In this document: piece by piece, positions 32,047-42,957 of the stretch
Position numbering within the stretch: position 1 is the first letter of the stretch
How the letters are laid out: each line of letters opens with the position of its first letter
From: Nitrospirota bacterium
GTDB taxonomy: Bacteria; Nitrospirota; UBA9217
Direction of reading: 5' to 3'
Length of the DNA: 64,000 nt
NCBI GenBank assembly: GCA_963741205.1
Contig: CAVUHW010000031.1
Span: 1 to 64,000, forward strand
Program-made: the position numbers and the translations under genes
The notes under the pieces: generated by a model
Told to the model about the DNA's origin: nothing
The model's input: the letters and a program-made list of their open reading frames with translations, nothing else
The model's database searches: none

Positions 32047-33249
32047 TTAGGGCGCAAGGCTAAAGTTCACCTGCGATGCGTCCGCCGCGGAGATGTCCTC
32101 ATTAGAGGACCCAGTCTGATAACCGTTTGCGGAAGCCTCGGCAGCATACTTGCCGGAAGCGGCGGTTTGCTCGCTGAATGAAATCGGAAGAGAGCCCGTA
32201 CCGTACTGGCCCAAGAGCGGCGCGCCGGAGGGGAGCGACATCGTGTATGCGCCTTCGCAAGGCTGAGACTTCACGATCACAGTCAGTCCTGTCGTGACGG
32301 TCTGCTTCGTTGTAAGGAACGTGTTCACGGTCGAGTCCGGGGGATTCAGCGTCACCGTTCCGCTGATGATTTGCATCGTGGAGGTTGGTAAGGTGATCGG
32401 CTCAGCGCTGGTGCTCACCCTGGTAGCGATGGCTGTTCCGGTGGCGTTGGTGACCGGTACCCCCGCTATGACCGCTGTAGCATGACCGTCTGCGGTAATA
32501 ACGAGATCGTAGTTACCGTCCGTGAGATGTGCGAGGAAAAACTCGCCGGTTTGCGGGTCAGGCCGCGTGGAACTGACTTCCGTGCCGTTCTGCTGGGCCG
32601 AAACCACAACGTTGCCGGCGGACAAGGTCGGGGAAGAAGCAACAAAGCCGTCGATGCCGGCGAGCGTGAGAGGAGTAACCTTGATCACGGGCTTCAAGGC
32701 GTAGGTCCCATTGCCCCGTCTTACAATGGACTTCAAGGCGTTAAAATCCAGCACCAGGTCCACGTGCTGACCCGAAGCCACATCGAACTCATTGATCAGT
32801 TTGATTCCGCTTTGCACCGCACTCGGAGTGACCAGCGGGATTTCCGCGGTCGAGGTCGTGCCCGACAACACGATAGAGTTTGCGATGTTCGTACCGGTGT
32901 TCGCGGACAGCACGAGGCGAAGCTGCGTGTAATGGCCCGCCGGCAACGACGTCTGGCCAAGGCCGTCGAGCGCCCCGTTGGCGAGGTTTAGCAGGTTTAT
33001 TTTTCTCGCCGGGCTCAAGGTGATATCGGACCAGCCTTCATCGTTTTCAGAGGCAGACGCGCTTTGGTGTACGCGGACTTTGCTGACGGTCACATTCACG
33101 GCGTCAAAACCCGAGGCAGGGGCGTCGGTCAGCGAAACGGCCAGCGTGCCCGGCGCCGCACTGGTTGAACTGCCGCTGCTGCAACCGAACAGTAAAGTGC
33201 CCAGTAATACCATCAACCACCCGATTGTAGATCCTTTGTATCTGCGCAT
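32047..33249 (-). CDS. DUF4382-domain lipoprotein
   Basis: Lipobox LFGC, VSLTDAP, LPAGHYTQLRL, LDF..KSIV..GNG.Y.LKPVI. Confidence 0.85.
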   Translation of the reverse strand: MRRYKGSTIGWLMVLLGTLLFGCSSGSSTSAAPGTLAVSLTDAPASGFDAVNVTVSKVRVHQSASASENDEGWSDITLSPARKINLLNLANGALDGLGQTSLPAGHYTQLRLVLSANTGTNIANSIVLSGTTSTAEIPLVTPSAVQSGIKLINEFDVASGQHVDLVLDFNALKSIVRRGNGTYALKPVIKVTPLTLAGIDGFVASSPTLSAGNVVVSAQQNGTEVSSTRPDPQTGEFFLAHLTDGNYDLVITADGHATAVIAGVPVTNATGTAIATRVSTSAEPITLPTSTMQIISGTVTLNPPDSTVNTFLTTKQTVTTGLTVIVKSQPCEGAYTMSLPSGAPLLGQYGTGSLPISFSEQTAASGKYAAEASANGYQTGSSNEDISAADASQVNFSLAP

Positions 33250-33425
33250 CGATAATTCCTCCTCATTAATCATTTATCAGAGTAATAAACCGGCCGACAA
33301 GACGGCCTGTCACTTCCTGTCCGGACATCCAGTCTCTGAGGGCTGTTTCCTGCGAAGATTCCTCCTTTCACGTTTGATTGTTACGTATAACTCAAAACGC
33401 ATATAATAAAAAAAATAATCATACA

Positions 33426-33454
33426 TAAGACGTATAAAAAGAGAAAAGGTTACA
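33426..33454 (-). promoter_or_regulatory. ECF-sigma-type promoter
   Basis: TGTAACC-N16-GTCTTA on minus strand; same architecture at 51641-51669. Confidence 0.6.
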
Positions 33455-33678
33455 ATTCATGATTCCCGCGAATTATTCAACTGTTACGACGGGAACACCT
33501 TTAATTCTATCCAGCGAGCTTCTCAAGGAGAGTCACCAACGTAAATGATGACATATCCCTGTTTGAATCATGGATATTATGATATAGTTTTCTTACCGTT
33601 GTCGCCCGGATCCGAATGAGATTTTTCAGCCATCCCCGATGAGCAGGTATTTTAATAAATGACAAAGGAGGATTTACC

Positions 33679-34864
33679 TTGAAGATAGGCACGATACTAT
33701 CAAACGCAACCATCATTGTTTTTCTATTCGCCTCTACATCTGCCATTGCCCAGATACTTCCTGAAGATCCGTCCAGAGGCGGCCAGCTGTTTGTGAGCAA
33801 AGGATGTGTGAAATGTCATGCTATCCAAGGTGAAGGGAGGGGAGACCGGGCCGGATCTGGGCAGGATCGATCTTGGCGGCACCCAGCTGGAGCTGGCAGC
33901 GGTGATCTGGAACCATACTCCCGCCATGATCGCGGGAATGGAAAAGGCGGGGATCGCTAAACCCACGCTGACCGGACAGGAATTTACCGAGATCACCGCC
34001 TATCTCTATTTTTTAAGATTCTTTGATGAGCCCGGAAATGCCGCTGCAGGGGAATACCTATTCAACGAGAAGGGCTGCATCTCCTGCCACCGTGTCTCGG
34101 GCAGAGGCAAAGATGGCGCGCCCGGTCTCGATGAGTTTCCCCGGAACGCTTCGCCGGTTTTCCTGAGCCAGACGATCTGGAATCACAGCCTGCGGATGAT
34201 GGCCCGCATGGTGCGGATCGGTCAGAAGTGGCCCACTTTTGAAAAAACGGAGATGATGGATACACTGGCTTATATCAGGACCAAGGCAAGAGGGGCGGAA
34301 GAACCTTTTTTCTTCAAACCCGGAAATCCCAAGGAAGGCAGGGCGGTCTTCAATGCCAAGGGATGTGCAAATTGCCATTCCATCTTTGGCGAAGGCGCAA
34401 AGGAAGGCATCGATCTCGGGATGAGGGCGGAGTCGTTTTATACGAGCCTCAGCGAGATCGCTTCGAGCATGTGGAACAAGAGCCCTGAGATGATCCTGTT
34501 CACGATAGCCCCGACGCAGTGCGGGGTTCCCCGGTTCACCGCGAAAGAAATGACCGATCTCCTCGCCTATCTTTTCTTCCTCCATTATACGGACGAGCCA
34601 GGGGACCCAGTGAAAGGGAAAAAACTCTTTTCAGATATGGGGTGCGCACAATGTCACGGCGTGGACGAAAAACGCGGAACACTGATGTATATCGATCTCT
34701 CCAAATACCGGAACAGCCCGGCGACCGAAATCGTAGCCGGTATCTGGAATCACAACTTCGAAATGCGAAAGGCAACGGAAGAGAAAGACCTTCCCTGGCC
34801 TCTCTTGAAAAAAGAAGACATGGCGGACCTTCTGGAATTTATCCGGACTCCTGTAAAGAAATAA
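33679..34864 (+). CDS. Tetraheme c-type cytochrome made of four tandem monoheme domains; frameshift near 33835
   Basis: Signal peptide; CVKCH, CISCH, CANCH, CAQCH, each followed by WN(H/K)xxxM. Confidence 0.88.
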
Positions 34865-34902
34865 CGGCAGAGAGACCTCGTATAGTCAAAAGGACCTGCA
34901 AT

Positions 34903-34932
34903 GAAAAAAGGGAGAGGGCGCGATCTCTCCCT
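34903..34932 (-). terminator. Probable terminator between convergent cytochrome genes
   Basis: A6-GGGAGAG-loop-CTCTCCCT. Confidence 0.55.
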
Positions 34933-34948
34933 GTCGACAAAGACGGGC

Positions 34949-35326
34949 TTAGTAGCCGGCACTCGGTTTCTTCGCCGGAGCAGCAGATCCTTTGGCTTTG
35001 AGGGACTTGAGGTAGGAGATAAGGTCCTTCATCTGCTCCGAGTTTACGTCCAAAGCCTTGCCATTGAGCGCCATGGCGATACAGGTGTTGACCGTCTCTG
35101 CGAGCGAGTTGAACATTCCGCCAGGATTCTTCCACTCTTTTTTCTCCGCTACGCCAAAAAGCCCTTTCCCGTCGGGATGGCAGGTATTGCAGGACTTGCC
35201 TGACGTGCCGCCCCCGAGCTTCGGGTCGTTGAACAGCGCCTTGCCGCGATCTTCGGGAGTATGATGCATGGCGAATGCCGAGGAACCGACCAGCATTAAG
35301 ACAGCGATGACTGCGATAAGCTTCAT
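34949..35326 (-). CDS. Small monoheme cytochrome c
   Basis: Signal peptide (AFA), GKALFND, CNTCH. Confidence 0.88.
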   Translation of the reverse strand: MKLIAVIAVLMLVGSSAFAMHHTPEDRGKALFNDPKLGGGTSGKSCNTCHPDGKGLFGVAEKKEWKNPGGMFNSLAETVNTCIAMALNGKALDVNSEQMKDLISYLKSLKAKGSAAPAKKPSAGY

Positions 35327-35491
35327 TGATCTCATTTGATTTCACCTCCTTTCCTCACGGAGGATAAATGCGTATAACCTTGATGAAAGCAGATTTGCTA
35401 ACTTATTAATAGTAGCACAATCTCCCGGACAAAAAAGGGTGAATATGTCCTCATCTGACCTCGTTCATTTCTCCGGCGATTCTGAAATGTT

Positions 35492-35520
35492 TTGAAATCC
35501 GCCGCCCACCTTGCTATACT
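35492..35520 (+). promoter_or_regulatory. sigma70 promoter
   Basis: TTGAAA-17 nt-TATACT with extended -10 TG. Confidence 0.65.
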
Positions 35521-35567
35521 TATGATATTGTTACCTCGATTCCTGTCCAGAAAGGAAAATATTTTTC

Positions 35568-35900
35568 ATGACCGAGTACTATAAAGCGGAAGATCTCGAC
35601 CGGTTCGGAGATGTCGGCAAGCACAACAAAGACCTTTTCAGGAAATTCATGGACTGGTATTCGTCGGCCCTTGAACCGGGAAAACTCACCAAGCGCGAAA
35701 AGGTCCTGATCGGCGCGGCCGTAGCGCACGTTATCCAGTGCCCGTACTGCATCGACGCCTATACCAAATCCTGCCTCGAAGAGGGGATGAGCCTGGAGCA
35801 CATCACCGAGGCAGTCCATGTGGCCTCGGCCGTCCGCGGCGGCGCATCGCTGATCCATACTATCCAGGCGCATAATGCCGTTGACAGGAATTCGATGTAG
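35568..35900 (+). CDS. AhpD/CMD-like peroxidase-like protein of the ArsS-associated type
   Basis: YY..EDL..F, QCPYCIDAY, EAVHVA...RGGASLIH; directly upstream of arsS. Confidence 0.85.
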   Translation: MTEYYKAEDLDRFGDVGKHNKDLFRKFMDWYSSALEPGKLTKREKVLIGAAVAHVIQCPYCIDAYTKSCLEEGMSLEHITEAVHVASAVRGGASLIHTIQAHNAVDRNSM

Positions 35901-35949
35901 GAACGCAGTCAGGCTGTTTTCCTGGCGCCTGCCAAAATCATTCAATACC

Positions 35950-36913
35950 ATGATCAAAATGAAATTCAGCGATAAACTCGCGTCCGTTCAATCAGAGCCG
36001 CTCAAGGCCTTGGACATCAAGATCCTGCAGGTAAACCTTGGTTATCAGCTGCAATATGGCATGCAAACACTGCCACGTGTCAGCGGGGCCTGCGCGAACC
36101 GAGGTCATGACAAATGACACCGCAGCGAAGGTCCTGCGCGTGCTCCGGGACAATCCCGTTGAGACGCTGGACCTGACCGGAGGCGCTCCCGAGCTGAACC
36201 CGTCGTTCCGCATGCTCGTCACCGGGGCGCGAAAGGCCGGCAAGCACGTCATTTCCCGCACGAACCTCACGATCTTTTTCGAGAGGGGAATGGAGGACCT
36301 TCCCGCCTTCTACCGCGACATGGATGTAGAGTTGATCGCTTCGCTTCCCTATTATCTCGAAGACGGCGTGGACAGGGTGCGCGGCAGCGGAACGTTTAAA
36401 AAAAGTATCGCGGCGCTTCAGACTCTGAACGACCTGGGTTACGGCAAAGATTCTTCCGGGCCGTCCCTGAGCCTGGTCTACAATCCCCAGGGGATGTTCC
36501 TTGCCCCGGCCCAGTGTTCGCTTGAGGCCGAATACAAACGGGAACTCAAGGACCGCTTCAACGTATCCTTTACCCGTCTTTATACCTTCACCAACATGCC
36601 GATCGGGAGATTTCGCGATTTTCTCGTAAGGACCGGCAATCTGGATAAATATCTGGAAAAACTTTCCTCGGCCTTCAATCCCTCGACCATCGAGGGGATT
36701 ATGTGCAGGCATCTCATTAATGTCGGCTGGGACGGAGGCCTCTTCGACTGTGATTTCAACCAGGTCCTCATACACAAAACAGCCTTCAATGTCCCGCGCC
36801 ATATCGATGATTTCGACTACGCGGCGCTTGCGGGCAGAACGATCGACGTTGACGACCACTGCTTCGGCTGCACCGCGGGGCAGGGGTCCAGCTGAGTAGG
36901 CGCAGTCTCGTAG
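35950..36913 (+). CDS. arsS: ArsS-like radical SAM selenoprotein (UGA-Sec at 36893); frameshift near 36045
   Basis: LQVNLG..CNMACKHCH, DLTGGAPELNP, MPIGRF, MCR...DCDFNQ, HCFGCTAGQGSS-UGA-VGAVS*. Confidence 0.85.
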
Positions 36914-36930
36914 CAGGCAGGTTGCCTGCT
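36912..36930 (+). promoter_or_regulatory. Candidate bacterial SECIS hairpin
   Basis: AGCAGGCA-GGT-TGCCTGCT; G-initiated loop 24 nt after the UGA. Confidence 0.65.
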
Positions 36931-36943
36931 CAGAAAAATCTCT

Positions 36944-37939
36944 ATGATAAATACCTCGCGGTCACCTTTGCTCCTTGCCGGGGATATCGGCGGCACAAAA
37001 ACGCGGCTCGGCATTTTTCAGGCGTCTGGGGGCGGGGTCCGTCTGGTCCGGACAGACGAATTATCGAGCAAGGATTACAGCGGTCTGGCGCCGATGATCC
37101 GGACCTTTCTTCACCCACGGGAGCGGATATCCGCGGCAAGCTTCGGCATCGCCGGTCCCGTGATCGACGGCAAGGCCATTGCGACAAACCTTTCCTGGGT
37201 GCTTTCTGAAAAACCCCTCGCCAGAACGTTGAACATACGAAAGCTCTCCCTCATCAACGATCTCGTTGCGAATGCCTACGGCATCTCGTTGATGAAAAAA
37301 GACGACTTCGCATTCCTGAACCGGGGAAGGCAAACCGCCGGCAACAAGGCGCTCCTCTCCGCGGGGACCGGACTCGGAGTCGCGATACTTTTTTGGGACG
37401 GCAAAAGACACATCGTTTCTTCGTCCGAGGGCGGGCATGTCGAATTCGGACCGAAGAACCGGCTGGAGCTCGGCCTGCTCCGGTACCTGTTCGAACGCTT
37501 CGGCCATGTAAGCTATGAACGGATTCTGTCCGGCGCGGGACTTTTCAATATCTATCAATTTTTAAGGGACACAGGCGCATGCGGGAGCGAGCCCCGACGG
37601 CTCTCCCTGCGAATGGAAGAGGAGGACCCCGCCGCCGTGATAGCCGAAACGGCCCGCCTCGGGAAAAGCAAACTGTGTCAGGCCGCGCTCCATCTTTTTG
37701 TCTCGATTTACGGCGCCGCTGCGGGAAACCTGGCACTCCAGGTTATGGCGAGCGGCGGCGTGTATCTCGGAGGAGGCATTGCGCCGAAGATCATCTGGAA
37801 ACTCAGGGACGGGACGTTCATGAAGGCCTTCAGAGATAAAGGGAGGCTGTCGCCGATTGTGGGGCGCATCCCGGTCAAGGTCATCATGAACGACGGGGCC
37901 GCTTTATGGGGCGCTGCCGCGCATGCCGCGGAACTGTAG
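36944..37939 (+). CDS. glk: Glucokinase
   Basis: LAGDIGGTK, GIAGPV, LIND, GTGLG, SEGGH, GGVYLGGGIAPKI. Confidence 0.93.
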   Translation: MINTSRSPLLLAGDIGGTKTRLGIFQASGGGVRLVRTDELSSKDYSGLAPMIRTFLHPRERISAASFGIAGPVIDGKAIATNLSWVLSEKPLARTLNIRKLSLINDLVANAYGISLMKKDDFAFLNRGRQTAGNKALLSAGTGLGVAILFWDGKRHIVSSSEGGHVEFGPKNRLELGLLRYLFERFGHVSYERILSGAGLFNIYQFLRDTGACGSEPRRLSLRMEEEDPAAVIAETARLGKSKLCQAALHLFVSIYGAAAGNLALQVMASGGVYLGGGIAPKIIWKLRDGTFMKAFRDKGRLSPIVGRIPVKVIMNDGAALWGAAAHAAEL

Positions 37940-38019
37940 AAAAAACGCTGATTCATAATACGGCAGATATACCCGGAAAAGGCGGATATACCTCCGAGTG
38001 AGAAATGCAGGGCAAGTCA

Positions 38020-38646
38020 ATGTCTTCAACAAAAATCACAACGCTTTTTCTCGACATCGGCGGCGTGCTCCTTACGAATGGCTGGGACGGCGCGGCCCGC
38101 AGGCTGGCTGCCTTGAAGTTCGACCTGGACCTGCCCGAGATGGACGAGCGTCACCACCTGACGTTCGACACCTATGAGGCCGGGAAACTGACCCTCGATG
38201 AGTACCTGGCAAGGGTCGTATTTCACGAAGAACGATCCTTCACGAGAGATGAATTCAGGGAGTTCATGTTCGACCAGTCCAAACCCTATCCGGATATGAT
38301 CGACCTGGTCCGCGACATCAAGGCGCGGCATGGCCTGAAAACGGCGGCGGTCAACAATGAAGGCCGGGAGCTTTCGCTCCATCGAATCAAAACGTTCAAC
38401 CTCGACTCTTTCATCGATTGTTTCATCTCTTCATCCTTTGTCCATTATCGGAAGCCGGACGCGGACATTTATCGAACGGCCCTCGACGTAGTCCAGGCCG
38501 CACCGTCACAGGTCCTCTATCTCGACGACCGGGCGATGTTCGTCGACGTGGCGCGGGGGCTGGGGATCAACGGGATTCATCATCAGTCATACGAGACCAC
38601 GAAGGCGGCGATGGAGTCATTCGGGCTGTATAAAGACAGGTACTAA
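38020..38646 (+). CDS. HAD-family phosphatase
   Basis: DIGGVL, RKPD, DDR. Confidence 0.9.
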   Translation: MSSTKITTLFLDIGGVLLTNGWDGAARRLAALKFDLDLPEMDERHHLTFDTYEAGKLTLDEYLARVVFHEERSFTRDEFREFMFDQSKPYPDMIDLVRDIKARHGLKTAAVNNEGRELSLHRIKTFNLDSFIDCFISSSFVHYRKPDADIYRTALDVVQAAPSQVLYLDDRAMFVDVARGLGINGIHHQSYETTKAAMESFGLYKDRY

Positions 38647-38679
38647 GGCCATCGCAGGTAAAGCCTCTTACTCTCATTC

Positions 38680-38780
38680 TGTCATTCCGGGCTTGCAAGC
38701 CTGCCCCGGACTTGATCCGGGGGAATCCATTGGCTTTTTGTTTAGATTAAAAATGGATTCCTGCTTCCGCAGGAATGACA
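38680..38780. repeat. Family A element with nested module
   Basis: Matches the 5114 copy but with GCAAGCCTGCCCCGGACTTGATCCGGGG in the left hairpin. Confidence 0.85.
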
Positions 38781-38828
38781 AACTAAGAGGATTGCTACCC
38801 TTCGTAATATATTTTGGGAGAAACAGTT

Positions 38829-41241
38829 ATGGCAATGATACGCGGATTGCGAGAGGCCTTCGGAAAACCGGGGATCGAGCCCCGCTGGACTCAGGGGAAC
38901 AAGGACGGCGTCGGGTACGGCCTATTCCGCGACGAGCCGCATCTGGTTCACCCTGTGGAACGGGGCGGTCACCGAGGTGTACTATCCGACGATCGACCGT
39001 CCTCAGATCCGCGATCTCCAGTATCTCGTCTCGGACGGGGAGACCTTTTTTCACGAGGAAAAGCGCCATCTCAGGACCGAGACCCGCCGCCTTTCGCACC
39101 ATGCGCTCGCCTACGAGATCACGAACCATGATCCCCAGGGCCGGTACCGGATCCTCAAGGACGTGATCGCCTCGCCCCATCTTCCCTGCATTCTCCAGCA
39201 TACGCAGGATCGAAGGCGACGAGTCTTTCGTTTCCCGGCTCCGCCTCTATGCCCTCTGCGCGCCCCATCTCCAGGTGGGCGGGCGGGGCAACAACGGCTA
39301 TGTGCTCCAGGTTGCCGGCAGAGAGATCCTGGCCGCCGAAAAAGGCGGCCTCTGGATTGCGCTTGCAGCCTCCATTCCCTTTTCGCGCCTTTCCTGCGGC
39401 TACGTCGGGGCGTCCGACGGATGGACCGATCTGGCGGAGAACTTCCGCTTCGACTGGGAGTTCGATCAGGCTCTTGACGGCAACATCGCGCTCACCGGAG
39501 AACTCGTTCCCGGGGAACGGCAGGGAGTTCACCCTTGCCCTGGCCTTCGGCGACGGACAGCATAACGCCATCGCGACGCTGTTCCAGGCGCTCGGCTTTC
39601 CTTTTGACGAGCATCGCCATCGTTATGTGGAGCAGTGGAACCGCGCGTGCAGAAAGATTTATCCCGTCAGGGACGTATATGGCGACGGCGGCCAACTGTA
39701 TCACAGCAGTTTGAGCCTTCTCCTTGCCCATGAGGACAAGACCTATCCCGGCGCCTTCATCGCGTCTCTCTCGATCCCCTGGGGAGAGGCAAAAGGCGAC
39801 GAGGACACGGGCGGGTACCATCTCGTCTGGACGCGGGACATGGTCAACACGGCCATGGCCCTCCTGGCAGCCGGGAACCAGGAGACGCCGCTCCGGGCGC
39901 TCATCTATCTCGCCGCCACCCAGCATGACGACGGAGGTTTTTCCCAGAACTTCTGGATCAACGGGGAATCGTACTGGCGCGGCATCCAGCTGGACGAAGT
40001 CTCATTCCCGATCCTTCTGGCCTGGCGTCTCTACCGGGAAAACTCACTTGGGCAGTTCGATCCCTATCACATGGTCATTCGCGCGGCCCGGTATCTTATC
40101 CATCACGGTCCGGCGACCCAGCAGGAACGCTGGGAGGAAGCGAGCGGATATTCTCCGTCCACGCTTGCCGCGAACATCGCCGCGCTCATCTGCGCGGCGG
40201 GCTTTGCCCGCGACCGCGGGGACCTGGGGACCGCCGCGTACCTTGAGGAATACGCGGACTTCCTGGAATGCCACATCGAGGTCTGGACCGTGACCACGGA
40301 GGGGACGCTGCTCCCGGACGTCAAGGAGCATTTTATCCGCATCCATCCCGTCGGGGTCAACGACTTTCAGCCTGACGAGGACCCGAACCACGGCGTCCTT
40401 GCTCTCCACAACCAGCCGCCGGGCGGCAGGACCGAGTATCCCGCAAAGGAGATCGTGGACGCGGGATTTCTCGAACTCGTGCGCTACGGCATCAGGGCAC
40501 ACGACGATCCCGTCATCGTAAACTCCCTTCGCGTGATCGACGCCGTGCTCAAGGTGGACACGCCCTCCGGACCCTGCTGGCGCCGCTACAACCACGACGG
40601 CTTCGGACAGCGCGAGGACGGAGGGCCGTATCTCGGGTGGGGCAAGGGACGCGCCTGGCCCCTCTTGACCGGAGAACGGGGACACTACGAGCTGGCCGCA
40701 GGCCGAAGCGCCGAACCCTATATCCGGGCGATGGAGGGCTTTGCCTCCTTCACGGGCCTCCTGCCCGAGCAGGTCTGGGACGAGCCGGACCGCCCGCGCA
40801 TCCACATGCGTTTTGGCGGGCCCACCGGCGCGGCAATGCCGCTCATGTGGGCGCACGCCGAATACATCAAGCTGCTCAGGTCGGCCTCGGACGGCGTTGT
40901 TTTCGACCGCATCCCCGCCGTCGCGGACCGGTATCTCGACGAATCGAAGCGGTACAAGCTTCTGGAGATCTGGAAGCCGAACCGGCAACCCCGCGCGGTG
41001 AAGAAGGGATACATTCTTCGCATTCAGGCGACGACCTCCTTCGAGCTCCAATGGACGAGGGATGAGTGGCGGAACTGCGCAGACGACGCTCTCCACGCCG
41101 ACCGCCCTCGGCATCGGGTTCGTCGATATCCCGATACCCGAGTCGCAAAAGCAGCCGATCCGGTTCACGTTCTACTGGTCGGTAGGCGGCAAATGGGAAG
41201 ACCGGGATTACGAAGTGGCGATAGCGGAGGACGATGCGTGA
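38829..41241 (+). CDS. Glucoamylase-like glycoside hydrolase (GH15); frameshifted
   Basis: AFGKPGIEPRWT, GGYHLVWTRD, IQLDE, QERWEE, RRYNHDG, LPEQVWD, PLMWAHAEY. Confidence 0.92.
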
Positions 41242-41289
41242 GAACGTAGTTGCTAAACAATCAGAATTCGAATCAAAACTGATTCCTCT

Positions 41290-41390
41290 GACAGGCACAT
41301 ATGCGCGCAGAGATCTCAAAACCGAATTCTCTGATTAACTGCGATTTGCGGCTTTCCCATCGCAGATAAGAATTCGTGTCACGGTTTACA
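41290..41390. repeat. Degenerate inverted repeat array (family C-like)
   Basis: GCGCAGAGA...CTCTGA..CTGCGATTTGCG pattern. Confidence 0.3.
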
Positions 41391-41418
41391 GAAAATCACA
41401 TCCAGAAGGGAATTACGC

Positions 41419-42947
41419 TTGGACCAACAACCAACCATCGCGTCCTCTTGACGAAAACAACAAGACGCTGGTCAACAACGTCCATCCCTCCGGCTGGAGG
41501 AACCCCGAGCCTGCCGCCTGCTACAACCTCGTAGTGATCGGCGCGGGCACGGCCGGGCTGGTCACGGCAGCGGGCGCAGCGGGTCTCGGGGCGAAGGTCG
41601 CGCTCATCGAGCGCCATCTTCTCGGAGGGGACTGTCTCAACGTCGGCTGCGTGCCGTCAAAGGGAATCATCAGGGCAGGCCGCGCCCTGTACGATGTCAG
41701 GGCCGCCGGGGAATTCGGCATCAACACAGGGGGCGGCTATTCCGTCGACTTCGGAAAGGCCATGGAGCGGATGCGGCGGATCAGGGCAGGGCTGAGCGCG
41801 CATGACTCGGCGGAGCGGTTCAGCAAACAGCTCGGCGTCGATGTTTTTTTCGGGGAGGGGAAGTTCATCGGGCCGGACTCCATCGAGGTGGGAGGAAAGC
41901 GGCTGCGCTTCAAGAAGGCCGCGATCTGCACCGGCGCCCGCGCTGCCGCTCCTGCTGTTCCCGGGATAGGAGAAGCAGGTTATCTCACGAATGAAACGGT
42001 CTTCGGGCTCACGGAATTGCCGCATAGGCTCGCAGTCATCGGCGGCGGACCCATCGGATGCGAACTGGCCCAGACCTTTGCGCGGCTGGGGAGCCGGGTT
42101 ACCATCCTCCAGCGAGGTGGGCACGTCCTTCCCCGGGAAGACGCTGATGCGGCGGAGATTATTCATCAAGCCCTTGCGCGGGACGGGGTTTCGCTTCGTC
42201 TCAAGGCAAAGCTCCTTAAGGCCGGGACGAGGGGGAAGGAAAAAGTCATTACCGTTGAAGAGGACGGCGGGAGGGCGGAACTCGTTGTCGATGAGATTCT
42301 CGCAGGTGTCGGAAGGGCCCCGAATGTGGAGGGCCTTGATCTTGAAAAAGCGGGAGTGTCCTACGACCCGAACTCCGGCGTTCAGGTGGACGAGCGGCTC
42401 CGGACTACGAACCCGCGCGTGTACGCGGCCGGCGACATCTGCTTTCCCTACAAGTTCACCCATGCGGCCGACGCCATGGCGCGCATCCTGATCGCGAACG
42501 CGCTGTTTGCGGGAAGGCAGAAAACATCGGCACTCGTCATTCCCTGGTGCACTTATACGGACCCGGAAGTGGCGCACGTAGGCATGTACGAGAAGGAAGC
42601 ACGGGATAAGGGGATCGAGCTCCTTACGCTGACCACACCGCTTGCGGAGGTAGACCGGGCCGTCCTGGACGGAGAAACGGAGGGTTTTGCCCGGGTCCAT
42701 CATAAAGAAAGGGACCGATACGATCCTCGGCGCGACGATTGTCGCTCGCCATGCAGGCGAGATGATAGGCGAACTTGCACTTGCCATGACCGCGGGTCTC
42801 GGCATGTCGGCCATCGGCAGGACCATTCATCCCTATCCGACCCAGGCTGAGGCCGTAAAAAAACTTGCCGACGCCTACAACCGGACGAGACTTACCCCGT
42901 TCGTCAAAAAAATCCTGTCCGCGTGGCTGTCGTGGCGGAGGTCATAG
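41419..42947 (+). CDS. Class I pyridine nucleotide-disulfide oxidoreductase (mercuric-reductase-like, no C-terminal Cys-Cys); frameshifted
   Basis: GAGTAG, GGDCLNVGCVPSK, GGGPIG, HPYPTQAE. Confidence 0.9.
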
Positions 42948-42957
42948 GAGACGGCGC

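Noticed and set aside
33270-33370. Possible c-di-GMP riboswitch in the DUF4382 leader
   Set aside because: Could not match the conserved class I or class II motifs.
41419-42947. Mercury resistance gene merA
   Set aside because: No C-terminal Cys-Cys pair or N-terminal metal-binding domain, and no merR/T/P nearby.
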